Origin: Negaprion brevirostris
Lineage: Eukaryota
Reading direction: 5' to 3'
Assembly: GCA_030324005.1 (NCBI GenBank)
Contig: JARDVH010000025.1
Span: 74,600,336-74,664,335, forward strand
Length of the DNA stretch: 64,000 nucleotides
Shown here: piece after piece, positions 1-13,285 of the stretch
How the letters are laid out: every line of letters begins with the position of its first letter
How positions within the stretch are numbered: position 1 is the first letter of the stretch
Notes under the pieces: generated by a model
Seen by the model: only the letters and a program-made list of their open reading frames with translations
Databases searched by the model: none
Told to the model about the DNA's origin: nothing
Made by a program: the position numbers and the translations under genes

Positions 1-39
1 AGGGCTTTGCATGGCACACAAGTCTTATTCCAGGTCTTG

Positions 40-600
40 TGAGGGGATGGAGAAAGGCTGCTCAGAACAGTGATGATCATATACAATATGGTATACAGGG
101 CATGGGTCAGTCACATAAGGGATTTGGTCCTGGAGGTTCGATCATGGTGTAGTGATGCAAAGAACATTATAACTTTCAGGAGAGGCAGCTAAATGCTATA
201 ACTTGATAACTGAAATGTCATGGAGGAGCTTATTGGATGATCTCATTTTGAGGCGGTGCTGAGAAGTAAGGGTATATTTGACCTCAAGAAGAGGAAGGGT
301 CAGGTTGACAAACAGCGTTGAGATATCAGCATTAAAATGTTCAGAGGGAAGAACAACAACAGCCACGTGATCAACAATGGGGTCAAAGGTAAGAGGGAGA
401 CTGGATAGTTACAGGATGATTTGGAATTAGGAGGCTATGAGTATGGAAGAAGATGGGACGAATTGATGAGTAATAGGGGAAAGTTGGAAGCTGCTTCATA
501 CACAAAAGTCAACACCACCATTTCTTCATTCACCGAAGAATGGCACAAAACAAGCTGGAGAAAATCATTCAGGGAGGGGTCTCTAGGCTCTGCATTCTTT
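40..600 (-). mobile_element. Old LINE (L2/CR1-like) RT remnant
   Basis: The reverse strand near 385-420 gives a degraded NY(R)P(I)SLLP-like motif. Heavily decayed. Confidence 0.4.
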
Positions 601-1099
601 GGCTAATTGAAGGTGCCCCCCTTTAAATTTCCTGCTCAAGCCATGGAGAGCGTGGCTCAACTGAGTGCTGGACTCAGAGGCCTAATGCACAATGAACAAG
701 TGGGGCTCCTTTATAGATGGTACTCATTCAGGCGACAATCCATTGTGTTTGGGAGCTGTGGTGCATCTGGTATAAAATGAAGGGCTATATCTGCTGCACT
801 GAGATGGTGTGGGTCCTACAAGCCTCCATGTTCCCAGTGTACTAGTCACGGCATTCAAGGCATCATGCTTGCAATCATGATATGCGTGCAAGGATTGGCT
901 ATCAGTAGTTATTATCAAGGCCACTGGAGGACAATCACTGACTGTGGGTTATAGGACAGCTGTGATTAGAATGAGATAAAGGACCCCTTGCCAATTGACA
1001 CAGCTCAGGGAAGACCATCACCCTAAGGATCAAGAGCCATTGGGTCCCCAGGAAATCCCACTGGCTGACTGAGGAATGGCCATATCCAAAACGATGTTT

Positions 1100-2110
1100 G
1101 GCACAACAAACAGGAGATGCAGCTCATACATGGAAATGAATGAAAGACAGTAGCACAGGTGCCTGCACTTGTCTGGAGATGTGGTAGCTCATGTTTGTTA
1201 TATTATCTTTGAGGAACCATGCTGCTCAGCCTTGGAGAGCATCTGATGCCAGTTGCTCTGAAAGTTACTGCTGCATTTTGCAAACAAAACCTTCCAGGGC
1301 CCTACTGGGGATCTTTGCAGAATTTCACATTCAGTGACATGCACAAGGAGGTGACATGTCCTTTTCAGTAAAGCTCATCATTATGTGCAGTTCCACATGG
1401 ATGACACAAGCCAGACTGCTAGAGCTGTGGGATTCCCATAAGTATGGGGTGCTATCAACTGTACATATGTGTCCTTGAGAGCTCCTTTGCAGCAGCCTGA
1501 TAGATCTATTTATATTAATATTTATATATTGAAGGAGATTTCCCTCTCTGAACATCCATCTCATTCATGGTCACAGAAAGCAGATCTAGCCTGTCTGTGC
1601 TAGTTACTCAGGGAGCTCACATCACTGGTACATTATTGGGTATCAGAGATACCTGAGGGACCTTGGTGCTTAGAGAGTTGGCTCCTGGCTGACAAGGGAT
1701 ACCCAGAAGACATGTTAATGATGCCTCTTTATTGCCCATGGAGTGCATCTGACAAGAAATACGATGCCACACATTCAACACAAGGCCCTGAATAGGATAA
1801 AGTATTGGTCTCCTAAAGATATGTTTCTGATGTTCAGACAGGTCAGATGGGGCTTTCCAACACTCATCACGGAGATTCACTACACACCTTGTGCTGCAAA
1901 GGGGGGATGTGTTGCCAAAGGGTGATATTGAGTTGCCTTCTTGAATGAGGAGGACTCGAAAGGGATGACTGAAAAGAGAAAGGATTCAGATGAGCAACAT
2001 GAATAAGCTATTGCATGGACACAACATGGCAGATGTGGTCACGCCAACCTCATGGCTACAAGATATCAAGAGGAATGAAAGAGAAGAAAGGGTTTCACAA
2101 AACCTTGATT
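1100..2110 (+). mobile_element. PIF/Harbinger transposase (HARBI1-like) remnant
   Basis: Motifs MPVALKVT (1246), GFP*VWGAINCTYVSLRAP (about 1429), SLNIHL...CASYSGSSH and WLLADKGYP (about 1679), followed by an acidic tail. Multiple stops and frameshifts. Confidence 0.85.
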
Positions 2111-2974
2111 CTCAGCATCAACATGTCAGGAAAGTTGATCAATTTCACCGTATCATTAAAACAGCATAAATTACCTGCTTCCCTTATCATGAAGTCAACC
2201 TTGGAAGGCCTTGAGTGGGAACATGTGTCCATTGAGCGATGTGATTAGCACTGCACCAGCACTCCTTAAGCAATCCCATTCAAACATGACACCAACAAGT
2301 CAGTGAGCATGGCAACCTTGAAACAGCTGCAACACCATTGCACACGTGGATGCAGTTGTACCAGAATGGCAGCAACTGAGCAAGGCAGTACATTTATCAT
2401 TGGTTAGTGCTTGACCATTTTAAGAGGGAGCAGCATCTGGACAGCACCATCTCTCCAAACGCCAGCTTTCGTGGATGAATAATGGAGAGGCTTCATTCTA
2501 ATACTGAGCACCAATATCCTTTCAGACATCAGGACACAGTGCCCTGTTACTCTTCAACAGTGTGCACGCAAAGCTGCAAGTTACGTCCCCCTTTAGCAGA
2601 CACTTCTAATGTCACCGAGTGGAACCTACTTCTCTTGTTCCGATGAGAGTGGGAATGAAGAAATTAATGATGTATAGCTTTAAATGCTGAGATTAAAACA
2701 TGCTGCGGGAGATATGAAAGGCTATGGTGCTCAAAGATGAATATTACATTTTCTGAAAATTCACTGTCATAAACTAGCTGCCATTGCTACACAGAGAAAA
2801 GATTCTAACATTTGTCACAACAAATACTTGTTACATTGACAAATTACAGACTTCAGTGCATAGCATCAGGATATCACTAAACTTGGTGAGCAATCCTCAT
2901 GAGCCCAAATAATATTTGACTGAGATTCAAAGGTCACATCAGTGTAGTCCAGCCATCATTTTTGCATGTTTATT

Positions 2975-3250
2975 CATAGAATCCATACAGTACAAAAGAG
3001 GCCATTTGGCCCATTGAGCCTTGGAAAGTGCACCCTACCCGGGCCCAATCTGCTGCTCTAATCTCATCACCCCGCGCATTGATCATGGCACATCTTTGGA
3101 CTATGGGAGGAAATCAGAGCACTCAGAGGAAACCCACACAGACATGGGGAGAACATGCAAACTTCACACAGTCACCAAATACTGCAATCAAAGCTGTGTT
3201 CTTGGTGCTGTGAGGTAGCAGTGCTAACCACTGTGCCACCTTGCCACCCC
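2975..3250 (-). mobile_element. HE1-type V-SINE (tRNA head, CR1-derived tail)
   Basis: Reverse complement gives ggtggcacagtggttagcactgct..., the V-domain gtttgcatgttctccccatgtctgtgtgggtttcctc and a tail ending ggattctatg. Confidence 0.9.
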
Positions 3251-3526
3251 TGAATGTTGCTGTTTTTGATGTGTAAATAAAGACAATTTACTATGATGAG
3301 ATTGAGTGAGAGTTAATGGAACTGAGGATGCAAATGGAAGATAATTGGAAGGGGTTGATGTTGGACCCTCAAATGTAAGTAGGACCTCACAACTTCAATT
3401 AGCTATTCAGTACCTGAGATTAGGAGAAGGATAAGTGCGAGCTATATTTACAATAGTGAAGATTGTACGTAGTAAATGAACACCCATGGCACCGTTGTGC
3501 ATTCATAACTTATTAATGTTTTGTCT

Positions 3527-4375
3527 CCTACAAAGAGACATTGATAGGATGTAGAGCTGGGCAGAAAAGTGGCAGATGGAATTTAATCCTGATAAGTGTG
3601 AGGTGATTAATTTTGGTAGGACAAACTTGAATGCAGATTACAGGGTCAACAGCAGGGTTCTGAGGAATGTGGAGGAGCAGAGATATTTTGGGGTTCATAT
3701 CCACAGATCTCTGAAGGTTGCCACTCAAGTGGATAGAGCCGTGAAGAAGGCTTGTACTGCGTTCGCGTTTATTGACAGGGGGTTTGAGTTTAAGAGCCGT
3801 GGGGTTACGCGACAACTATACCGGATGTCGGTGAGACCACATTTGGAATACTGTGTTCCGTTCTGGTCACCTCACTACAAGGAGGACGTGGAAGCATTGG
3901 AGAAAGTGCAGAGGAGATTTACCAGGATGCTGCTTGATTTGGAGGGTAGATCCAAAAGGAAAGGTTGAGGGAACTGGGGCTTTTCTTTTCGGAGCGAAGG
4001 AGTGTGAGAGGCGACTTAATAGAGGTTTATAAGACAATGAGAGGGATTGATGACAGTGGACGTGCAGAGACTATCTCCTCAGGTGGATGTAGCTGTCACT
4101 CGGTGGCATAACTATAAAGGTTCACGGTGGGAGATATAGGGGGGATGTCTGAGGTAGATTCTTCACTCAGAGTGGTTGGGGTGTGGAACAGACTGCCAGC
4201 TGTGGTAGTGGAGTCAGACACTTTAGAAACTTTCAAGCAGTTATTGGATAGGCACATGGAGCACTCCAGAATTATAGGGAGGGGATTGCTTGATCTTGGG
4301 ATTGGACATAGCTTGGCACAACATTGAGGGTCAAAGGGCCTGTAATGTGGTAATATTCTATGTTCGATGTTCTAT
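3527..4375 (+). mobile_element. CR1 LINE 3' end (RT C-terminus plus 3' UTR)
   Basis: WQMEFNPDKCEV...VRPHLEYCVPFWSPHYKEDVEALEKVQRRFTRML, with a ttctatgttc tail. Confidence 0.95.
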
Positions 4376-5930
4376 AAACTGAAATTGCACTCCGCCTGTA
4401 GTATATGTGTTTGTCGCCACATTATCTTTTGTTAGACTATTTTTGTCAAAAATAAGTATTAAACAGCTGATGAAAACAGACTGGGCAATCAACACTCCAG
4501 ATCGTCAAGCCCTTTATAGTTTGAGGTCAAGAAGACTGTCGACATTCTGAATATTCTATTGTTTTGAATAATACATATAAAAGACGACAGAAGTCTATTT
4601 TTCACATAAAAGACCAGTTATATTTTTATACCTGCTCAGATTTCAAATGGAATTATAAATATTGCAACGAGTTACGTAAACATTTATCTAAAGTATCAAC
4701 AAACACACACAAATAAAGGTCACAGGACAAAATTCAGTACACCGCATTTCTCAAACCGTCGCTACCACCGAGCTCGCAATTCATCAACGAAAATCGAGCA
4801 AAATAAATGCTGACAGTGAATGCTGAACGAATGTAATTATCTTCTGCTAAACTGTTGTTACAATTCGTTGCAATTACACTCCTTTTAATTGCACTGTGAT
4901 AGGTTGAAAAAAAATCAGTGTGTTCCAAAAACCTGTCAAACTCACATTCAATTGGGAACTCATGCAATGTGAAAAAACGAAAAGCCGAACCATCTCGCCA
5001 AACATCTTACAGAAACAATAGCCATAAATCACAATTCATGATGCTCAGACAGTAGGAACAGATTAAAGGCATTTACTTTCTTCAAAAATGATATTGCTTC
5101 TCTTTACCAATTCTAAAACAATGAATACTACATAAACAGGATCATCAAAACACAGCACAGGAGCCCACTATTTGGTCTATCACATCTGTGCATGCGACAA
5201 AGAGCCTAATCCTTTTGGTTCTTGGTCTGTCACCTCCAAGTGCACATCCCGGTAATTTTTAAAATGGCATCAAGTTCCCTGTATCTAACATCCTTTCCAG
5301 ACAGTGAGCTCACAAATTTAACGGTGCAGTAATTTAAATAGGTTCCAAGACATCACAACCAAAAGAAGTTCCCTTTTGCTTTTCGAAAGAAACCCCTGTT
5401 AAGATTGTTGCATCAATAATACAATAAACGTTGGACCATTACTTTTTTTGTGCGTCATCATTTCCTGTCACAAGCCTATGTGGCACATGAATAAGATTTC
5501 CCAACATTAAGCTAATTATCACAGATCCCCAGCTATACCATTGGGTGGCGCTTCAGTTCCTCACAACCCAACATGCTGGTTCAATGTCTTAGAACCAACT
5601 TCACATCCTCCGCTTACATCATCCACTCAAATAAATCTACTCACAAAATGATTTTTTAAAACTGCCCTAATATGGCTCAATTTTTTACTTTCAGTGTATA
5701 ATGTTTCCAGGCCCTGCCTACCTCTTATCCAATCTTAACATTCATCTGAAGCATACCACCCACCACCATGGCAACCCTTCCCCCGTCCTCCCTACCCCTC
5801 CATAAAATCTGCACAGCCCTCCCTAATATTAATTCCTTGCCGTTATTCAGTCTACAATTTCTTTTTTAATGCCCATCGTTAGTGGTTAGCTTTTTCACAT
5901 TGCAATATCAACAGCAGGATCACCCACCGT

Positions 5931-6165
5931 GAGGCAGTGGCTTGGTGATATGGTCACTGGGCTGGTAACCCAGTAGACCCAGGGTAGTGCTCTGGGGTTC
6001 AAATCTCACCATGGATTCAATAAAAATCTGGATTAAATTCAAAAAAATAAAACCATTGTTGATTGTTGTAAAAACCCATCTGTCCTTTCAGGAAGGAAAT
6101 CTGCCTACGTATGACTTCAGAGCCACAGCAATGTGCTTGATGCCCACATCCCATGAATTAATTAA
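5931..6165 (+). mobile_element. tRNA-derived SINE, second family
   Basis: A-box-like gaggcagtggcttggtg and B-box ggttcaaatct. The core ctttcaggaaggaaatctgcc is shared with 59750-60000. Confidence 0.7.
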
Positions 6166-6374
6166 AATAATAATGAATAAAAGCACAATAACAAAGAGGG
6201 CATAATATATGTCAAAAGTTACACAATGGTGGTCAATATAATTGTCAACTTATATGCAGGACAGTGCCATATGATCAATCTCTGCATTAAAAACACAGCT
6301 ACATTACAATGCAGCATCTAATACATTTGAAAGTATCAAAATATTTCACATTTAGCTGTCAGAATGCCACTCAA

Positions 6375-6540
6375 CTTCCAGACAATGGCCAACCTCCAAC
6401 AAGAATTCATCTGCCATCACTGAATCCCCCACGATCAACATCCTGAGGTTTACCATAAACTAGAAACTGAACTGGACCAACTATTTAAGAGTAGGCTGGG
6501 AATTCTGAGGGGAGTAACTCCCCTCCTGACTCTCCACTCA
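6375..6540 (+). mobile_element. LINE RT fragment
   Basis: ESPTINIL-x-x-TI...KLNWT...LGIL, homologous to the fragment at 41490-41680. Confidence 0.65.
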
Positions 6541-7899
6541 TGTGCTAATATGTACAGATGGCATGTCCTGGGGTTGAAGCTGTTGACGCTGTTATTTTGA
6601 ATCCAGAGCAGAGTCAGCCATGAGTACTATGTGCATTTCGGAATCCACAAAAAAGTATAGTTCGCATTTTGCAAACCCAGAAAGAAAGTCTGGGTCCAGG
6701 CATGCTCAATTGCTAATAATTGATTGTAGAGTTTTACAACTTCCTTGACATCTGATAGCTTTATTTGGCTGGCTTAAGTGATCTACAATGCACTGTTCCA
6801 AGTGTTTCTCGTACTTACTGCTGTTGTGCATTAATTACACTAGTTAAGGCATCCATCCAGTGGAGGCATTTAATTACTTCTAGTTTTTATGTGATCTGCT
6901 GTGATGCGTTAATTGCCTACTCAAAATATAATCAGAACCTTGGTGTAGTCCGCTCGATTATGAAATCGTGCTGTGTTACCAGCTCAAAGGGTAGGTTTAC
7001 ATTTGCAGTACAAAATTATTCAAAAACTTTTAGTTAGCTGTACTTGGATTGAAACGCAAAGTTTAAAGCACATGGTATGGTGGCATATCTGTCACGGGAA
7101 TCATTTTAAAGATGACTACTCCTTTGTGGGATTGCATAGCACAAGTTTCACTGTGAAAACAATTTCTCATTGTTAGTACTGTCATGCACCAGGCATTTGA
7201 CTCAATACTACATTGGAGTCAGTAAGAGTGTTGTGCTGAAATTAAAAGTGAAGTGCTTTCAAATCATAAATTGACGTGAATCGGCACGGCTATCAAAGGG
7301 TTTTTTAAAAATCTGAACTCAAAATTTCTCACCTCGGTCGATAGTTAAGTTTTCTTTTTTGTTTAACAGACGCTGACCAATCAGCTGAATATTTGTGGTT
7401 TCCATGTTTATTTCAAGTCCCAACGGCCTATCTTTTATCAAAGTTAAACCTTCTCACAGCAGTTATTAATGTTTCCAAACTTGTTTAAAAGCTTATTTCT
7501 GGTGGCACGTCAGCACTTTGAATATAATATTTAATTCCTGGAACCCATCGAGTGTGTTCGCTTGCTTCGTCAACTGCTTTCGTGCCATTTCGTTTACGAT
7601 ACAGTCTAGCCCTGCTGTTCTTTTCCAAAACAACTGCCTTTCTTATATTCAAGAAGCAGCAGCACTCTGCTTTCTCCCGAAGGGTGATCGGAATTTGACC
7701 TTTCTATATCCATTTCACTACCAGCTGCAAAGCAGACTCCACTGTCCCAGTATTTCAACAGAATGTTCCAATGATATCATCGTGATTACCCAACTTATAA
7801 TTCAATTTGTCTTTATGAAAGTTAATTTTAAGCTTTAAATTGCCCCATCAAGATACAGGAAACATTTTAGCTAAGGTCCATCCTAAGTCACAGTGTGGA

Positions 7900-8977
7900 G
7901 AAACAGTCTGTTGCAACATGGGATGGAGGCAATACAGCCTTCTGAGGCCACCATCAATGCTCGCAGGCAGACATGGGGACCTTTCAGCAGTTATCCTTAA
8001 GCTCCAAATATGGCTCCACGTATACTAACTTCATGGTGCAAGAAGCGGAGGCCAGCCTCTTAAAACTGCAAAGTCACAGAGTGCCAAATTCGGTCTCCAA
8101 CAACCAATTAATAACATGGATGAAGACTGACCACGGACACCGACAGACTATGAGAGAATTGTTATTAACTAAGAAAATGCCAGATGCAGAAAAAAACATC
8201 TATTCGCCGGTATGATTTTGCATGTTCTCAAGTAGGGGTCAATAACACATACTGCAAGTCAGGAGTTTGGGAAAGTATGAACACGGAGTGGAAGCCAAAT
8301 TAAAGGAACCATCCATGGAGGCAATGCAGATAAATGGGATTCTTTCTATCCTGAACAAGGAATGATGCAAGGCGAGCCGTAATGGAAACTGGCTGTGCCC
8401 AAAGTACATGCTCATAGACAGACTGAAGTGTGGGGACAAATCCTACAACTGTACTGTCCTTCCGGGCCAAGAGCCATGTGATAAATTATGCTGTCATACA
8501 GAACACCATTTATCTTTTACATCGTATGGACAGCATCAAAAAAGGAAGTACGAACCGCACTCTCCCAGGCCACAACGTGATAACAACCAATTTAACAGAA
8601 TCTACAATAACTGGTGATCCTGAGATTCTCCCAGACAGCCTTGTAGAAGAGGAAGACAACCTGAACCGGATTAATGACAACCAACAGATGTGAGAAAACA
8701 TGCAAAAGGAGTTCGCACAAGTTCCTCGCTTTAAGGTAGATTGGAATAAATTAAATAATCAGGCCCGTGACATGGAACATTTTTGAAAGGTAGAGGCTGA
8801 CTTAATTAAAAAACACGAGAAGAACGACGCTAAGACCCTTTAAACCCCGAGTACATGGGCCAATATATAGGATTGAATGATAATATCCATATGTTTTTGG
8901 ATCATATCCCATATAACAGTGATTCTGCAATTGTTTGTATTAATTGTTATTGTTGCAACATGCTCCATCAAACAGAC
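7900..8977 (+). pseudogene. Decayed retroviral-type envelope glycoprotein (TM-subunit-like) fragment
   Basis: Stitched frames give ...LLKLQSHRVPNSV...LQVRSLGKYEHG...E*CKASRNGNWLCPKY...KCGDKSYNCTV...TNRT...TNLTE...QVPRFKVDW...STWANI...WIISHITVILQLFVLIVIVATCSIK. This shows a Cys cluster, three N-glycosylation sequons and a C-terminal hydrophobic segment, with several stops and frameshifts. It ends at a 100-N gap. Confidence 0.55.
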
Positions 8978-9077
8978 NNNNNNNNNNNNNNNNNNNNNNN
9001 NNNNNNNNNNNNNNNNNNNNNNNNNNNNNNNNNNNNNNNNNNNNNNNNNNNNNNNNNNNNNNNNNNNNNNNNNNNNN

Positions 9078-9522
9078 GATGCTGCCTGGTTTGGAGGGTA
9101 GGTCTTATGAGGAAAGGTTGAGGGAGCTGGGGCTTTTCTCTTTAGAGCGGAGAAGGATGAGAGGCGACTTAATAGAGGTTTATAAGATGATGAGGGGGAT
9201 AGATAGAGTGGGTGTGCAGAGACTATTTCCTCGGGTGGATGTAGCTGTTACTAGGAGACATAACTGTAAGGTTCATGGTGGGAGATATAGGAGAGATGTT
9301 CGAGGTACTCTTTACTCAGAGAGTGATTGGGATGTGGAATGTTCTGCCTGCTGTGACAGTGGAGTCGGACACTTCAGGAACTTTCAAGCGGTTATTGGAT
9401 AGGCACATGGAGCACTCCAGAATTGTAGGGAGGGGATAGCTTGATCTTGAGTTTGGACGTAGCATGGCACAACATCGAAGGCCGAAGGGCCCGTACTGTG
9501 CTCTATTGTTCTGTGTTCTATG
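9078..9522 (+). mobile_element. CR1 LINE 3' end
   Basis: MLPGLEGRSYEERLRELGLFSLERRRMRGDLIEVYKMMRGIDRV. Same subfamily as 3927-4375. Confidence 0.95.
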
Positions 9523-11184
9523 TTTTACAGCTATGTCTAGGGGCAGCCCCAACATCTGCAGCAGAGGTGGAAACAACCTGTTGACTCGTATGTCTTGTTG
9601 TCTGAGATGAAACTGGGTGTCCCAGTCACCCGAGGTGTGGAGAGTCCCAGCCTGCTAAGGGTTTCCTGCTGTTGGTCTGACCTACACAGGTCCTGCAGAA
9701 ATCTGGCAGAAACTGCTGGTGTGGTATCTCCAAGGCGTTTGTCCCTTCCCATGAGCACCTACACATACATGCCAGAACTACAACATCAGCCAGAACAGGT
9801 GGGAGGACCTCCTGCTCCCATCGCTTGGAAAGAGGACCTCCCGCTTTTCCAGTGGAGGAGAATCCTCAGGGAGACCTTGCTGAACAGTGGAGTGGCAGAT
9901 TTTGTTCTTTTAAGTCCGATGGGGAACCTGGAAAACACAACATACCTGGCCTGCAACAAGTAAATGTCTGTCCAGGTGCTGTTTAAATATGGTGCCAGGA
10001 CCTTCTGCCCGTGAGGTAATGACTGCCCTGTCACGAGATTCAGTGAGCTCCTCACTAGTGCATAATTAACAAACTNNNNNNNNNNTGAAAACCAGATAAT
10101 TATGTGAGCTCATCTGACCCACTGCCCAGTGGAAATCATGCCGATATTCCTGCTGCCACCTCACTTTGTTCCAGCATGGAAAATTCTGGCCTATAAAACA
10201 TCCTGGAAATCCTGAATGCATCCAAATTATACATAAAATTAATTTGAGCATTTCTGGGACTTGTTGATGCCTAGTCATTTACGTAGGATGTTTGAGATTT
10301 GATAAATTAATTAATTCAGTGTGAAGTTTCATCCACATAATGGATTAGAATAAGAGAGTGTTTGCACAAGCTTCAGAATGCTCATTTAAAGATGTATGAT
10401 TGGCATTGGTGATTGATTTAATGTTCGAATAAGCAAGGTGTAACTGGACAGAACAGCCCCAGGAGATCCTTAAGTCATTGTACTTCTGTATCAAGTCCAC
10501 AGCTTGACCTAACAGCGACAGCCACTTGTACATGTAGAAATAAACATGCATTTCATAACACATTTTGCCTCAAGACTATGTGAGTAAATAGCAATATTTG
10601 CTTTGCCCGACAGTTTGACATGGCTTAGAGTGAGGGACAATAAGTGGATAGCACAGTCCCTCATGATAATGGGACAGTGAGTTATGTTATCTCACTGGTT
10701 TATAAAGACCTAGGTACATCCTCAAGAAAAGGAATTTTGGTATCACAATTTGTTTAAAGTCATGTGATTTGGTGTTTCGTTTGTTTCCAAGTCAAGAGTA
10801 TCATTTAATTTTTCATTCAGGTGTGTAGAACCTAAGTCTGAAGGTGAAGTGAAATAATCTCCAGATCAGATTGCCCCACTCCATGTCATAAGAAATTACA
10901 TACAAAAATCGACTGCTTCTGAGATATCTAAATATGCCATGTGCCCATGAACCTGGGAATTCTACTCCACACAATTCAAGGTCATCTTGTGGTTGTTTAT
11001 ATTTGTCTCTGGTTATTTATATTTGTACTTTAAGGGCTTGGAAGATTGGAAATGACTGATTTTTATTCAATTACCTCATTGCTGGACAAACATCAGGTCT
11101 AAACACTAGAACTTCTAGTATTTATTTGTAACTTAACTGAAACAGTTTTTTCACTTCTTCATGTGGCCTTTGAGACTCTGGTAA

Positions 11185-11360
11185 AAGGTAAAGTCGTCGT
11201 AGTCCCAGATCACCAAAGGCACTGACTGGTGGTGTTTTAACCTGAGGATCACCACACGACAGGCGAGGGGTGAGGTTGAGAAGGCGGGGCCTTCATGAAT
11301 AACCTCAACCAGTATGGGAATTGAACCTATGGCCACCTGCGACCATGGCGACTTTAGCCT
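11185..11360 (-). mobile_element. tRNA-derived SINE fragment
   Basis: The reverse strand has B-box ggttcaattccc followed by a SINE-like body. Confidence 0.55.
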
Positions 11361-12115
11361 TATTCTGTTGTATTCCATATCTAAGGAGGCCACAATGACT
11401 AAATGCTTAGAAATTCCTGGATTATTGTATTTCGGTCTTTCATTTAGTATGGGTCCAGGATAGGAAAGGGATATTTGGTTGAAGGAATGGCTGGAATTCA
11501 CCGACCTCAGATGTAGTTGTGATTCTCCAGTTCTACTGCAGTGAAAGGAATTTTGGTTGAGCAGGAACAGGATTGGAGAATCCCACCCACATCTTTGTCT
11601 TGGTGTCATACTTTTTTTTGCTAACAATAATAATCCTAAATATGACAAACTTTTTTTTTATTACTACAATTAACTTCTTGATCATGACATTGATGAAGCT
11701 TGGACTTCTTTTGGAAAGACTGAACCATTCTTGTCTGTCATCTGGTGAAGACTTTTTCCATAACCAAGGTGAGAATTATCCAGAAGAAAGAGAAAAAGTA
11801 TAAATCATAAGCATAAGAATTCTACTAATGACCACAGCAAACAGACAAAGGGCTTATTTTGCAGCAGCGCATGAGAGTCTGGGCATGTCATGGGCAGTTA
11901 TGCTGCAGGAATGTAGAAAAAAATTGCATTTTTAAAATCTTCTGATATTTACATCGATTCTTCATTCCATTCTAAGCATGAAATGTGCTTGGCCTCCTCT
12001 CAGTAAGCCATAAACTGTCTCTTTCAAAAATGAATTTGAAACACTAAACAATACCCAGTTTAATAATGACCTGTTGTCATAGTAACTAGAGTACAGCCTA
12101 TTTCCTCCAAAGCCT

Positions 12116-12152
12116 GTGTGTGTGTGTTGTGTGTGTGTGTGTGTGTGTGTGT
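12116..12152. repeat. (TG)n microsatellite next to a ~925-N gap
   Basis: Directly visible. Confidence 0.95.
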
Positions 12153-13176
12153 TATCTNNNNNNNNNNNNNNNNNNNNNNNNNNNNNNNNNNNNNNNNNNN
12201 NNNNNNNNNNNNNNNNNNNNNNNNNNNNNNNNNNNNNNNNNNNNNNNNNNNNNNNNNNNNNNNNNNNNNNNNNNNNNNNNNNNNNNNNNNNNNNNNNNNN
12301 NNNNNNNNNNNNNNNNNNNNNNNNNNNNNNNNNNNNNNNNNNNNNNNNNNNNNNNNNNNNNNNNNNNNNNNNNNNNNNNNNNNNNNNNNNNNNNNNNNNN
12401 NNNNNNNNNNNNNNNNNNNNNNNNNNNNNNNNNNNNNNNNNNNNNNNNNNNNNNNNNNNNNNNNNNNNNNNNNNNNNNNNNNNNNNNNNNNNNNNNNNNN
12501 NNNNNNNNNNNNNNNNNNNNNNNNNNNNNNNNNNNNNNNNNNNNNNNNNNNNNNNNNNNNNNNNNNNNNNNNNNNNNNNNNNNNNNNNNNNNNNNNNNNN
12601 NNNNNNNNNNNNNNNNNNNNNNNNNNNNNNNNNNNNNNNNNNNNNNNNNNNNNNNNNNNNNNNNNNNNNNNNNNNNNNNNNNNNNNNNNNNNNNNNNNNN
12701 NNNNNNNNNNNNNNNNNNNNNNNNNNNNNNNNNNNNNNNNNNNNNNNNNNNNNNNNNNNNNNNNNNNNNNNNNNNNNNNNNNNNNNNNNNNNNNNNNNNN
12801 NNNNNNNNNNNNNNNNNNNNNNNNNNNNNNNNNNNNNNNNNNNNNNNNNNNNNNNNNNNNNNNNNNNNNNNNNNNNNNNNNNNNNNNNNNNNNNNNNNNN
12901 NNNNNNNNNNNNNNNNNNNNNNNNNNNNNNNNNNNNNNNNNNNNNNNNNNNNNNNNNNNNNNNNNNNNNNNNNNNNNNNNNNNNNNNNNNNNNNNNNNNN
13001 NNNNNNNNNNNNNNNNNNNNNNNNNNNNNNNNNNNNNNNNNNNNNNNNNNNNNNNNNNNNNNNNNNNNNNNNNNNNNNNNNNATTTTAATTCATACCAGA
13101 TTCCTCAAAGCATGGATTAAATAGGTGACTCGTAACACTTTTAGTTCTGGGGCTAGATTCTTTGATTTTGCCCACA

Positions 13177-13285
13177 GCTGGGATTCTCCAGTCCCACTGC
13201 TGTGAATGATGATTCTGCTGAGTGCTAAATTCTCCATTCTCGCTGGCAGCAGAGGCAGGGCATGCGAAACTGGAGAATTATGTCC
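13177..13285. mobile_element. Short MITE (Harbinger-like TIRs)
   Basis: Inverted ends gggattctccagt...actggagaatt. Related copies at 31862-31975 and 15933-16060. Confidence 0.55.

Noticed and set aside
10821-10980. Possible exon (ttttcattcag| ... caag|gtcatc)
   Set aside because: Weak donor and no similarity to known DNMT3A sequence.
12116-13124. Long ORFs of 323-334 aa in the ORF track
   Set aside because: Artefacts of reading through N-gaps. The same applies to the ORFs at 18706, 19757, 39445 and 55187.
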